DNA of 64,000 bases. Source: Callorhinchus milii (taxonomy: Eukaryota). Position numbers and translations under genes: made by a program. This document shows positions 38,831 through 52,025 of this stretch, one piece after another; within the stretch, counting starts at the first letter, position 1; every line of letters begins with the position of its first letter. The stretch covers positions 116,624,001 to 116,688,000 of the forward strand of contig NW_024704742.1 in NCBI RefSeq assembly GCF_018977255.1. The letters run 5' to 3'. Below the pieces are notes generated by a model. The model searched no databases and was not told the DNA's origin. It worked only from the letters and a program-made list of their open reading frames with translations.

Positions 38831-39030
38831 CACCATTGCTCGGCTTTGCCGTTCGCTCAGGGAATGCCCCGGACCTGCAACTCGCGTCCCGGGGCCCGTC
38901 CTTCCCTCCGCACAACACAACACAACACAACACACAATACAACACAACACAACCGGCGCTCAGCCATCCCAGAGCCCCCACTGCTCACCGTGTGCGGGGA
39001 TTACAGGGCGCCGCTGGGGAGGGGGAGGGG
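38831..39030 (-). other. Candidate first exon of FAM169A
   Basis: GC/CpG-rich unique segment ending in a donor-like GGTG|GTGAGG at 38831/38830; the 5' end is unknown. Confidence 0.4.
38911..38952. repeat. (CACAA)n microsatellite
   Basis: About 8 imperfect pentamer units seen directly. Confidence 0.9.
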
Positions 39031-39043
39031 GGGGGTGTGAGCT

Positions 39044-39917
39044 GCTCTGCTCCTCACTCCCAGGCTCTGCTCCTCACTCCAGGCTCTGCTCCTCACTCCC
39101 AGGCTCTGCTCCTCACTCCCAGGCTCTGCTCTGCCTCACTCCCAGGCTCTGCTCTGCCTCACTCCCAGGCTCTGCTCCTCACTCCCAGGCTCTGCTCCTC
39201 ACTCCCAGGCTCTGCTCTGGCTCTGCTCCTCACTCCCAGGCTCTGCTCCTCACTCCCAGGCTCTGCTCCTCACTCCCAGGCTCTGCTCCTCACTCCCAGG
39301 CTCTGCTCCTCACTCCTCACTCCCAGGCTCTGCTCCTCACTCCCAGCCTCTGCTCCTCACTCCCAGCCTCTGCTCCTCACTCCCAGGCTCTGCTCTGCTC
39401 CTCACTCCCAGGCTCTGCTCCTCACTCCTCACTCCCAGGCTCTGCTCTGCTCCTCACTCCCAGGCTCTGCTCTGCTCCTCACTCCCAGGCTTTGCTCCTC
39501 ACTCCCAGGCTTTGCTCCTCACTCCCAGGCTCTGCTCCTCACTCCCAGGCTCTGCTCCTCACTCCCAGGCTCTGCTCCTCACTCCCAGGCTCTGCTCCTC
39601 ACTCCTCACTCCCAGGCTCTGCTCCTCACTCCCAGGCTTTGCTCGTCACTCCCAGCCTCTGCTCTGCTCCTCACTCCCAGGCTTTGCTCCTCACTCCCAA
39701 GCTCTGCTCCTCACTCCTCACTCCCAGGCTTTGCTCGTCACTCCCAGCCTCTGCTCTGCTCCTCACTCCCAGGCTTTGCTCCTCACTCCCAGGCTCTGCT
39801 CCTCACTCCCAGGCTCTGCTCCTCACTCCCAGGCTCTGCTCCTCACTCCCAGGCTCTGCTCCTCACTCCCAGGCTCTGCTCCTCACCCCCAGGCTCTGCT
39901 CCTCACTCCCAGCCTCT
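39044..39917. repeat. 20-bp minisatellite, unit CTCTGCTCCTCACTCCCAGG, about 40 copies
   Basis: Seen directly; variants carry extra GCTCT or CCTCACT sub-units. Confidence 0.97.
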
Positions 39918-41449
39918 GGTTCTCGCTGCACTCACGTCTCGCAGCTCTTTAAACCCAGTCCTGAGCTCGCAAAGCCTGACGCACGCAATGCGACGCTGGT
40001 GCTGTGAAAGCGACAGCCTCCATCTACACACACACACACACACATCCCCCCCCCCCCCCCCCCCTCCCAAAGGGCTCACTGTGGCAGATGTTACAACCTA
40101 CACAAATAACATTTTGGAATTGGCACAAAACATCTGTCCTTTACTTTTCACCTCCTCCCCCCCCTCCCACCCACACCAATCCCTAAATCTCCCCCAAACA
40201 CGCGCATTCGCTTCAACCAACAATTTTTTTTCTTTTGGCCAAAAAAAAAGTCTTAATTTGATTATACAACCACCATCCCTTCCCCCCCCACTCCCCCACC
40301 CCACCCAAGGGCTAGGTTGTCTTGAAGCGTTAACGCGGAATAACATTAATTATCACCTGGAGATAGTTATTGACTTGTAAATGGCTAAATACAAAATATA
40401 CAGTGAAGTCACTTTACAGCGTATCCTGTGAAGCGCTTTGAGACGTCTCAACAACGTGATCGGGTGCTATAGCAAATGCTATATTAACTCTTTAATAAAT
40501 GTAATAGTTTCTGAGCAAATAACTGAGAATGTTGGTATGCGGTGGATGGCATCGAATGTGGACTTTTGAAAGACATTTGATAAAGACCGCATAAAAATTG
40601 AAAGTATTTCCATTCCTGAAAGAATTAAGGTGCAGTGGATCAATGGAATTGTTGAGACATGGATAGAAAGTTGGGCCTAAGGACACAAAATAGAGAGCAT
40701 GGGTAAATGGATCTCTTTCAGACTGAAGGAATGTAAACAGAAGTGTTTCCCAGGGGCTAAGAATAGGAACAATGCTTTCTCCATCTATGTATTCACAAGG
40801 TCATGTTACCTTCATGTTTTTTTTGACTGACCCAACACCTGAAACATGTGGAAGAATAATGATAATTGTATTTAGAAGTACTTCATTATATTCAACAACA
40901 ACAACAAAATTACATTTGTGCAGCGCCTTTCACGTCGGGAGGATGTCCCAAGGCATTTATATTCAGTACAAGTGTTTAATAGTATTAGAAGTCCAAAGGA
41001 TTGGTATGAGAGCCATCATTTTCATGGCAGGTAATGATCCGTCACAAGGTTCGGTGAAACATCTTCAATAAGGAAGGAGGGAGACGCAGAGGAGTAGAGT
41101 CACAGGAGAGTCCAGTGACAAGGTAGTGAGAGAGAACTTTAACATCCACCTGAATATGCAAATGCAACCTCTGTTTAATGTCTCATCTGAAGGATGGCAC
41201 CTCCAACATTGCAACGATCCTCCCTCTCAGGAGTAAGAAGATTTACTTATGAGGAAAGACTGGAAGAAGTGAGGCTGTTTCCCCCTAAAACAGAGATTGT
41301 TGAGAGGAGAGATGATAGAGGATTTTAACATTTTGAGGCGTTTTCATAACGTAAACAGAGAGAAATTATTTTTACTGTCAGTGAACTTGTAATTAGAAAT
41401 CACAGTCCCTCTACACCCTTTCACCCACAAACTACACAGTCACTGTGGT

Positions 41450-41836
41450 AAACCCTGGCTTAAATTCTGACTTAGCAAGACTGAGCCTGAAATGAAAAAA
41501 TTTTAAAAATTCTGCAGGCCCACACATCATGTAGAATCCTGCCGACCCTCTTTCCTAGCACATGCCCCCACCTCCCCGTGCTCGCTGGCCTTCAGTGGCC
41601 AGGGATATCGGCTTTGACTCATTTTAAATCCTACCAGCAGAAGATGGCTTCCTCACTATCTCCTTCTCCCGTGATTCAAACAATTATAATGTCAGTACTG
41701 GCATTTTTCAGCACTGAAAAAAGCAGACACCAAAAAAAGCCAGTAAATGCCGGTCCAGCTTTGTAATTACACTTAGCTGGAAATTCCGGATGATCAAACC
41801 GGATCTCTCCCCTATTGGATCAGCAAGCCAGGGTTT
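41450..41836. mobile_element. Candidate non-autonomous DNA transposon (MITE-like)
   Basis: Perfect 12-bp inverted repeats AAACCCTGGCTT / AAGCCAGGGTTT; interrupts a SINE tail; related internal sequence at ~60760-60905. Confidence 0.5.
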
Positions 41837-44519
41837 TGGAGTACTTACAATATATCCCGTGAAACTCTTTGAGACATCTCAACAATGTGTGAAAGCGCTT
41901 TATTAAATGCAAGGATTATTATTATTATAAATTGTTTGAATCGGGCAGAGATTGTGCCAATGACTCATTGAGAACAGTTTCACACTGAGTGATCGATGTC
42001 TGCTCAGAATGGACCACAGAGTCATCAGAAGCTGGAGGACAGGTAAGCCTAGAAAGGAAGAAGGCAGACAATGTGCCAAGGAGAACAGAGGCCTACGGGA
42101 GGAAAACCATGTGAAAAGCTGAAGCAAGCTTAAAAGCAAGAGCATTAACAGGCAAAGAGGTGTAAGTCAGCCATTGTCAGCATAATGAATTTGAGGACAA
42201 GTAAAACGTACTTTGATGTGTGCAAGGGAAAAAGGCCAAAGTTAGCAAAGGAAGAGAGGATCAACAAACATGAATAGTGGAAAAGGGCAACGATTGTTAA
42301 AGAAAGAAGAGAATGGGTGTTGGTATAAGGTGATCCTTCCTCCCTCCAGTTTCCTCATGGTTTTTGTTCATTTGCACAAGATTCCACCCCTCATTGAGAC
42401 CTCACTGATCACATACACCAAACACCATTCGCCTACAAAATACACAGCCAATACACTTTACAGTAAATCCTGTGAAATGCTTTGAGATGTCCTCCCGATG
42501 TCAAATGTTCTATATTATTTGGAAATATTATTATTATCATTATTATTAATAATTAGGACTATGGAAAAGAGCGTCTCTTTCCTTGATTGGTGTACTTAAT
42601 ATTGGACAAGATTCAACCAAAAGTTAGCTAGTTATGAGTCCCATGACAGCATTGCCCCACCAAATTTAAGGCAGAGATGTTGCCTTCTGACTCCCTTGTA
42701 TTGCTGGATAGTATTCTCTTTTAAGTGATGAATACAAAATACCATATTGGTTGAAACAAGATCATAACAAGATGATTATGTTCTTATGTGTGAAAGGCAC
42801 TATATCATGCAAGTTGTTGTCTGTGTGTAATAGCAGTGATGAAAGTGAGACTGAGCTCTACTGAGCCAAATACAGGTTCCATTTCCTTCTTCAGATCCTA
42901 GAAAACTTTGGCCATTTATAGCCTTTGATCCAGAATAGCAACAAATGGAATTCTTGTACAGCATGTTCTGAGCAGCAACAACTATCAAACCAACAAGTTA
43001 ATATTTTATCCAGTTGACTCCTCTGTACGACACTGAAACCTGATCCTTTTGGGACATGTTGTTCAAGGAGGGTTTTGGTTATTAGCTTGAAGAACAGAGT
43101 GTCCAAGGCAGTAATGAGTTAGAATAGTCTGTATGTGGTAAATGGAGAATGTTACAGAAGAAAGATTGAGATGAGTGGGGTGACGGACCCTCATAAATGA
43201 AGATCAATAACCTAGGATGCTGCAATAGTTGAAAAGGTCCCAACTGGACCAACAACAACAAATTACATTTGTGTAGCACCTTTCACATCAGGAGGATGTC
43301 CCAAGGCACTGGACAGTCAGGATCTACTTGAAAGACTAAGTGGAGATATTGTGCAACCCTTTCGAGATTTAATTTGCAGGATTGAAGATATATGTACACC
43401 TCCATGTCTCATTGTTGAGACACACCATCTAGTGAAACATAAACATTGCACGCTTTTATTTTTAAAAAAATAAATGGTTTGAATGATAAATGGGAACCAC
43501 AGTACCTGTCCATATAGTACCATCCTTCCTGTTAGGGCTCTGACTTGAGGATGGATGTGTCTAAATCTTTAAATCTCATCAAAGAACCTAACAAAAAACA
43601 ATAGATCTTGCTTTCTACAGATCTGCCTACAATCTCTCTTTAGGGTAATTCAGAGGTAATTCAGATATAGAGACCCCACTTATCTCCTTCGCAAAGGAAC
43701 TCATTTTTATTAACTTTCATGAAGTTGTAATAGACTCTAATTCACTCCTCCACCCCATCCTTCAGAAGGGACGTTAAACCGAGCTCCTGACAGTCGTGAC
43801 TGTTCAGGTGGACATTAACAATCCCACGCACTGCTCAATGAGACAAAGGAGTTTCTCCCCATGTCCTGGCCAACAATCCCCAAAATAAAATTAGCCATTC
43901 ACTTTATGGCTGTTTGTGCGACATTGCTGTGTGGTGCACAATTGGGTGTCACAGTCGCTCACCGCACATTACAGTAAATTTTCTGAAGCACTTTATGATG
44001 CCCTCACAACGTCAAAGTCACCATATCAAATTATAAAGATTATTATTATTTTATTAACTGCTTAACCCATCACAGAGAATGTTTTGTATCACAGAAAATG
44101 ATAGAAACAAAAGCATGATTTCCAGCTTCTCATCTCAGTCCAAGGTTCCAATAGCAATACAGACCACAAATTCAAAGGTTAACATGGTTTATAGCCATCA
44201 TTTGAATTCGAAGATAAGATTACTGGACAGGGGTCAGCCCCTGCATCCAGTAGCAGAGCTAAGGTCAAAGGGTTGCTGGGGGTGGGGGCAGGGGATGGAC
44301 AAAGTCCAGATTTGAGGCCATATATTCTGAAACTTTACTATGTGCAATAATATTAAAGAGATTCAGAAGGAGTATCGGAAAGAGCAAGAGAATTCAGTGC
44401 ATGTTAGAAAAATGAATGAATGAAAATAAGCAATAAGGATGGTTATTATTGTTAGAATAATTGTAATAATAATCCTTGCATTTAATTTAGCGCCTCAGCA
44501 CAAGATATTAGCAACGATT

Positions 44520-44880
44520 AGTCAAGTTCGAATTCTTCAGTCTTGAAAGGAGACATCTCACAAGGGACCATGTAGAGGTCTATACGATTTAAAATGGAAA
44601 TGAGAAAAATAAACCCAGAACATTACTTTTGGATGTGCCAAAACAGCAAAATAAAAGGACATAGGTTTAAGGTTGCAAAGGGCAATTTCAGGACTAACAC
44701 TAGAAGATATTTATTTACCCAAGGAATATTTTTTGACTGGTTACCAGGAATGGTGGCTGAGGCCAAGACACTGGACTCATTTAAAAAAAACACAGCTAGA
44801 TAATGTGATGTGGTTATTCTGGAAGGATGAGATCAAATGGGTCGAAGGGATTTCCTCATCCAAAACAATCTTGTGATCTA
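44520..44880 (+). mobile_element. Degenerate CR1 3' fragment
   Basis: KGHRFKVAKGNFRTNTRRYLFTQ..LPGMVAEAKTLDSFKK translation. Confidence 0.75.
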
Positions 44881-45204
44881 AATCAACACGTTTCAACATT
44901 CTAAATGCAGATTGTAGTAAACATTAAATAAAAGCCTGTAATTTAGGGTGTCTGGCACTAATATGACAATATCATTATTCCTTCTGGATAGAAGCTACCA
45001 GGAACCAAATCAGTACCAAAGATTTTATAGAATCATCACCACTATGCCTATAGCATGCCAGCTCTCCCCTATAGCTACCTACTCTCATCTCACTTTTTGC
45101 TCTTTCTATTTTTTGCTCCTTTATTATTTTCATTTTTATTTAATTCTCTTATAAATGTCTTAATTGAATTGGTTTCAATTGCCTCTTGCAGTGATACTTT
45201 GAGT

Positions 45205-45642
45205 GAGAGCCGGGCTGTGTGGTAGGATTCTGTCCTCCTAGTTAGAAGGTTGTGGGTTGAAGCCCACGTTGGGACATGGAATCACATAGTATAATCTGAC
45301 ACTCCAAAGCAATTCTGGGGATGTGTTACTTTGTCAGAGGTGTCAGATGAGATGTTAAACTGAGGTCCCGTCTGCCTGTTTAAGTGGACGCAAAAGATCT
45401 CAAGGCACTATTCGAACAGAGAAGAAAGTTTCTCCAGTTGTCCTGGCCAAAAATCCCCCAAATAAAATTGGTCACTTAGTCCATGGCTGTTTGTGGGACG
45501 TTGCTCTGAGCAAACTGGCTGCTGCATTTCGCCCACAATATACAGTCAAAACCATTTTGCAGTATAACACGTGACGTGCTTTGAGGCCTCTCGACAACGT
45601 GATGAGGCTCTATATCAAATGTCAGGGATCATTATTTATTAT
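45205..45642 (+). mobile_element. Older DeuSINE, near full length
   Basis: Same head, body and tail as 34050-34410. Confidence 0.82.
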
Positions 45643-47444
45643 TGTAACACAATCAGCATTTCATGTAAAATATTACTTTTAACCACCCCTTTCTGTTTTT
45701 TTATCTATGTAAATCGAGACAGATATGTAGGATTTTTAAATGGAGTACAAGTGGACAAGACCATAGAAAAGCAAATGGATTTCTATGTTGTTCAGTATTA
45801 ATCATGTATGCATCAAGTTTCCTCTTGAATACATTGAAGCTTTTTGATTCAACCATAATTTCTTGCAGTGCGTTCCATATTCTCTTGATTCTGTGCATGT
45901 ACAAGTTCCTCCAAAATTCCCTACAAAGCTACTTTTAGTTCTGAAAGTATCAACATAAATGATCAATTATCCAAACATAAAAACAGACTTGTGAAGCAAT
46001 TTGGAACTGTGAGAGAATTCAGTTTTAAATAAAATCAATAGAAAGTAACACATGAAACTATATAATGATAAAGTGTTTAGTCCAGAATATTTGCTAATTT
46101 TGAAGGATAATTTAATGTAGAGGTGAGAAGTTATAGCTATGGAGAAAGATTTGAGAATCTGAACTGTTTTATTCGGTTAAATAGAAAGAGGCTATTTCTA
46201 CTGAATACTATTTCTACTGAATTTCTACTGATCTGTAAGTCAGTAACAAGAGAATTATAATAATAATATTTGATATAGCGCCTTATCACGTCATTGAGAT
46301 GATCAAAGCGCTACACAGAACATACTGTAAAGTGAATTGACTGTAAGTGACCAAACTCTTATTATTTTTTTAAGGGATTATTAACCCCAGAAAACGATCC
46401 GCCAATCAACTAACAACTGACTTTCCACTTACTGCTAGGTAAACAGGGGTGTGTGTGGAGTAAGGAACTTGTCTAAGGTTTCACCCCAACAGACGAAAAA
46501 GAGGGGAGGTTAATGGCTGTATAACCAAATCCATAATAACATTTAAAAGAAAACTGGATTAAAAAAATGAAAATGTGTGAGGATAGAGCAGAAGGCAGTA
46601 GCCTGAGAAGCAGGTTTGACCGCGATTTCCCATTTGAAATGATTTCTCACTCGCAGAAACTATAGCAGGAACATAAGCCAAATCCGAACAACCCACAAAA
46701 TATGGTCACCATTAGTTGGTCAAATAAAAAGCTGTTTAAAATATCTTTTTCTAAAAACCATGTGGTGTGCTGGCACATGCACAATTTGTGTTTTAGAAAA
46801 CATTTGAGTTGGCCTAGTTTGATACCATTATGTCAGAGAGCTTGAGGTGCCAATGATTGCTCAGAAACGTTTTGACATGCAGGAAGAAGAAGTCCCGAGA
46901 TAGGTTTGAGAAGTTATCTGGTTGCTGTTTTCTCTTTTCTCCTGGTGAATCAGTACAAATAAGATGGTTTCACAAGCAGAAGAATTGCTTTTGAAAGCAA
47001 GTCTGTACAGTACTGTAAAACATGCCAGGGCTCCCTACAGTGGTTCAGCTCCTGCCAGCTTCCATTTGGTCTACTTACATATACAGCAGTGTATTATGAA
47101 ATACACTCAACAGTCTTTCCAAGCCATGTTGATTTAGGATGTTTATTCTGCTAGCCATTCCACTCCACGCTTTCCTTTTCCCAGGGGTAGCTTATAGGAG
47201 CTTGATGTGTGTTCTCTAATGGTTAACATTTGTGTCATTTGAGGCCAATTCATTTTCCTTAGAATGTTTGCACTGTCTAGCTGTCACTGTATGTGTCTCC
47301 TCTGCACCCCGATACTATCTATTTGAGACACTTGGCACACTTTAACATAGCACCTAAGTCTTTCATATACCCTATTTGTTTGTATGAGCCATCCATTTCT
47401 ACTATAATTTTGTTCACCTCATAGAAAAAAAAACCTGCTTGGAT

Positions 47445-48312
47445 AACATAGAATCATAGCACAGCACAGAAAGAGGTCATTCGACCCATCGTGTCTGCGC
47501 CAGCTCCGAAAAGAGCAATCCAACTCAATCCCACTGGCCTGCTTTCTCTCCATAGCCCTGCAATCTTGTCTTCCCCAAATATCCATCTATTTCTCTCTTA
47601 AAAGTTGTTATTTAATCGGCTTCCACTGCCCTTTCAGGCAATGCATTCCAGATCCAAACAACTCGCTGGGTGAAAATTTTTTTCCTAACCTCCCCTCTGT
47701 TTCTTAAATTGGTGTCCTCGGGCTATTGACCCACATGCCAGTGGAAACAGTTTTTCCCGGTTCAACCTATCACATCCTCTCATGATCTTGAAAACCTCTA
47801 TTAAATCCCCTCTTAATCTTCTCTGCTCCAGGGAGAATAATTCTAGTTTCGTTAACCTCTCCTCATAACTAAGGTCCTTCATTACCATCCTGGTAAACCT
47901 CCTTTGCACCCTCTCCAATGCCCTAACATCTTTCCTAAAGCACAGTGCCCAGAACTGAAACAGAACTGAGGCCTAACCAGCATTTTATAAATATTCAACA
48001 TATCCCCCTGACTTTTGAATTCTGTGCCCCTATTTATAAAACCTAGTATCCCGTATGCTTTTTTAACGGCTTTATCTACCAGTCCTGCCACCTTCAGAGA
48101 TTTGCTTATGTGGACCCCCAGGTCTCTCTGTTCATTTGCCCCCTTTAAGATTGTACACCTCATTTATACTGTCTCTCCTCATTCTTTCTACCAAAATGCA
48201 ACACTTCGCATTTCTCCACATTCAACCTCATCTGCCACATTTCTGCCCATTTTACCAATCTGTCTAAGTCCTCTTGGAGTCTGGTGCTATCCTCCTCACC
48301 ATTAACTACTAC
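47445..48312 (-). mobile_element. CR1-clade LINE 3' portion (second family)
   Basis: ERVQRRFTRM..LFSLEQRRLRGDLIEVFKIM and QRDLGVHI..KKAYGILGFINRG; CTATGATTCTATG-type tail. Confidence 0.92.
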
Positions 48313-48414
48313 TTAACATATGCCAAATTGAGAGGGAAAACAAGAGCCCACTGCCAAGCTCAGCACTGAAGCCAGCAAGAGGAAAATCAAGCCCAGAGAA
48401 CAGCTTACAAAAGG

Positions 48415-48802
48415 TAATAATAATAATCCTTGCATTTGATATATATAGCGCCTTTTCACGTCTTTGAGACGTCTCAAAGCGCTTCATAGAATATAGTGTA
48501 AAGTGAATTGATTGCATATTTTGTGGGCAAAATGCGGTAGTCAATTGCGCAGAGCAGTTTCCCACAAGCAGTTGTGGATTGAAGTGACTAATTTATTATT
48601 ATCATTATTATTTTTTTGAAGGAATTATTACCCCTGGAAAAGTGATCCGGTAATCGACTAACAACCAGGTTCCTACTTATTGCTAGGTAAACAAAGGTAT
48701 GTGGAGTAAGGAAACTTGCCCAACATTCGCCCTGCCAGGAGTCAAACACAAGTCTCTCGCTTGTGAGGTGAGTGCTCTAACTATTGAGCTACAGGACTCC
48801 AC
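48415..48802 (-). mobile_element. tRNA(Ala) SINE, long subfamily, full length
   Basis: Head, internal TGTTTACCTAGCAATAAGTAGGAACC segment, Deu-like segment, (TTA)n tail. Confidence 0.88.
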
Positions 48803-50611
48803 GAGGTAGGAAGATTTATTCCAGGTGGGACTATCAACCTTAGTCCAACATACTTGGAGCTTGAGGAGAATGAGAGGAGAGTTTGAAGGACCATTGACCA
48901 CAGTACTGTGATCCCAATAAAAATAATAATAATCCTTACATTTGATATAACATCTTTCACATTGGGAAGACATCACAAAGCGCTTCAGAAGAGTTACTGT
49001 CATCTACACAGTGTATTTTGAATTTGAACAGGCAAACAACATTCTACAAGTAGCCAGGCAGACGGGACTTTGGTTAATGTTTCATCCAAAGGATGGCATC
49101 TCTGATAATGCAGCGTATTGGATACACATAAGCTTGAGAACAGTATCAGAGGAGAGTAGACTTCAACAAACAAATCCTCCATGGGATACAATGATCTCTG
49201 GGGCTGTGGGTGGTGGGAAGGAGGCTGAGAGATGATATGTTTGAAGAGGTAGTTTTTTTAGGCAGGATTTAAAGACATGTAGAAGAGGCATGGTATGAGG
49301 TGGGAGTTCCAGAGGTTTGGGGCATAATTTCTGAAGGTAGGGAATGTGCAGCAGGCACATAAAACACACATACAGCACGCAGGAAGTGATCTCAGCAGTG
49401 TCCCTGACAACTCAGATGTGGGACTGGTATCCATATTTTGCGGACCTGAAAAAAGACAGTGTCCTTCTTCAATTTTTGTGTCTGACACTGTGCTATAACA
49501 GGATTGCCCTGTGAGTGCCAATCGCTGGTGTTGTTGTTGGAGTAGGTTCATGCCTGTTTAGCACAATTTTATTTTCATGTCTCTTGCTTTCTTATGTTCT
49601 CATCTATATAGACCTGGGTAAACAATGGAAGGAATAATATAGTATCATGTATTGAGTAAAATAGATTAAATACTTTGCAATGTGAAAATATACAGGGTTT
49701 AACAAATGTTGGGAGTCAATAACAATAATAATAATCATGCTTTTGCATGAGACTGATAGAACATATCTCTGGGATATAAATGAATTAATTCTTATACTGA
49801 AAATAATAATACATCTGGTTTTGTTCGAGGAACAATTAGTAAATAACTACTATAATAGAAATTCTTCTCATTGCATGATACATGCAACGAATAGTAAACG
49901 ATCAGAAATCAGTTAGTTTCACATACTGTTGAGAAATGGAACTATTCTCTTGTCTTAATTAAAAGCCTTATTCTGTTTGTTCCTTTGCAAAAATGGGTAA
50001 ATGAACATTATATAAAAAGAGTGGTTGTTCAGGGTAGTACATTTAAATATAGGAGCATTTTGAAAAGCTAAATAACATATGTTATATGATTTTGTTTACA
50101 CATGGCTCACAGACACAGTCCTACAGCCAGTCACATACCAGCACTAGCACTGGCACTAGATCCTCCTTCCCACCAAAAGGATCGGAGTGGAGCTCTACCA
50201 TCTTTAATTGGGGGGCAGGAGAATTAAAATGAGGAGGATTGTTTTATTAAAATAAAGATTACTATGTTGGGAGGACATCTAAAAGCACTTCACGGGATTT
50301 ACTGTAAAGTGTAATAACTGTATCTTGTAAGTGAATGCACCAGGCAATTTTACACAGTAACATACAGCCATGAAGTGAATGGCCAATTTTATCCAGGGAA
50401 TTGTTGGCTAGGACATTGGGGAAACTCCCTTCTCTTTTGAATAATGACATGGGATCTTTAAGGTCCACCTTAACAGGCAGACAGGACCTTGGTTTAACGT
50501 TTCATCTGAAGGATGAATGCACTTAAGATCCCTGAGTGCTGAGGACTAATAATCCTATGCAGTATGACATAATGAAGTGTAAAATGCAGTTTAAATTTAA
50601 AACGTATTAAT

Positions 50612-50970
50612 AATGACAGTAATAACCCTTGCATTTGATATAGTGCCTTATCAGGTCTTTGAGACGTCTCAAAGAGCCTCACAGAATAAACTGTAAAGTG
50701 AATTGAATTATGGGCGAAATGCGGTAGTCAATTGTGCACAACAGTGTCCCACAAATAGTCGTGGATTAAATGACCAATTTTTTTTTGAAGGAATTATTAC
50801 TTTCCGAAAAGCGGTACGTCAATCAACTAACAATCGGGTTCCTACTTACCGCAAGATAAACAGAGGCGTGTGAAGTAAGGAAACTTGCCAAACTTTTTGC
50901 CCTGCCGGGAATCGAACCCAGGTCTCTTGCTTGCAAAGCGAGTTCTTTAACACTAAGCTACAGGACTACA
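50612..50970 (-). mobile_element. tRNA(Ala) SINE, long subfamily
   Basis: Same layout as 48415-48802. Confidence 0.87.
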
Positions 50971-51189
50971 CTGAATAGGAATATCAAATAGGATTGTCTG
51001 GATACACTGAAGGCAAACATCTATGTAAAGTCTCCTATTATCATTCTTTTCCTCAAACCATTCTCTCCCCGGCACCATTCTCGCCTCTCCCACTTTCAGG
51101 GAAACATTTACCAAAGTAATTTACTTGAAAATATCTGTATGTTTATTTTGATGCCTGCATTTTCACATGTGTTTCTGCATGTCTATATC

Positions 51190-52025
51190 CATAATAATAA
51201 TCCCTGCATTTGATATCACACCTATAACCTCAGGCAAATGAGGTTATAGGTGAATGTTGTAGGCAAATATAGCAGCCAATTTGCAAATAACATTGTCCAC
51301 AAACAGCCATGAAGTGAATGATAAATTGTATCAAGAGGATTGTTGGCTAAGACCCCTAGAGAAACTCTGCCTTTAAATAATGCCATGGGATCTTTATCAT
51401 TTACCTGAACAGGCAGATGGAAATCGGGTTAATTCCTGATCTCAAGAACAGCACCTCCGACAACCTGCATTGGTGTGCCATCTTAGACTATGAGCTCAAA
51501 GGCCCAGCAAAAGGCTTGAACCTGCACTTTCAGACCCAGAGGCTTACCAATTGTGTTAGGTTGACACCCATATAGAAGATACAATTCACACCTCTCCAAC
51601 AAAGGTGTTAGCCTGGCTCAGTTAGTAGCACTTTTGCAGTCAGAAGACTGTGGATTCATGCCTCACATCAGGACTTGACCTAATACAGTCTCAGGGGATA
51701 CTCCAATGCAGTCCTGGAAGTATGTTGCATTGTTGGAGATGCTGTCCTTCGGATGAAGCATTAAACCAAGATCCCCTCTGCCTGATCAGGTGTACGTTAG
51801 AGATCCCAGGGCACTATTTGAAAAGAGTTTCTCCCGATGTCCTGGCCAACAATTCCCCCAAATAAAATTGGTCATTTGTTTCATGGCTGTTTGTGGGACA
51901 TTGCTGTGCGCAATTGCGTTGCGAATTAACCCACAAAATACGCAACCACTCCATTTCACAGTAAATCTTATGAACCTTTTTGAGACGTGCTCATGAAAGC
52001 CAAATGTAAGGATTATTGTTATTTA
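51190..52025. mobile_element. Head-to-head pair of DeuSINEs (51190-51570 minus, 51605-52025 plus)
   Basis: Two diverged copies in opposite orientation about 35 bp apart. Confidence 0.8.

Larger units (their letters stand above)
37470..40020. promoter_or_regulatory. CpG-rich island; candidate FAM169A promoter and first exon
   Basis: CpG-dense unique segments at ~37470-37720, 38831-39015 and 39920-40015 in an otherwise CpG-depleted window; upstream of the FAM169A ATG exon, which begins at a splice acceptor and so needs an upstream exon. Confidence 0.6.

Noticed and set aside
39044..39917. CRISPR-like array
   Set aside because: Contiguous tandem units without unique spacers, in a eukaryotic context with no cas genes.
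37390..40380. 996-aa, 843-aa and 488-aa Pro/His/Ser-rich ORFs
   Set aside because: They are open in several frames only because the two tandem arrays lack stop codons; no domain or coding signal.
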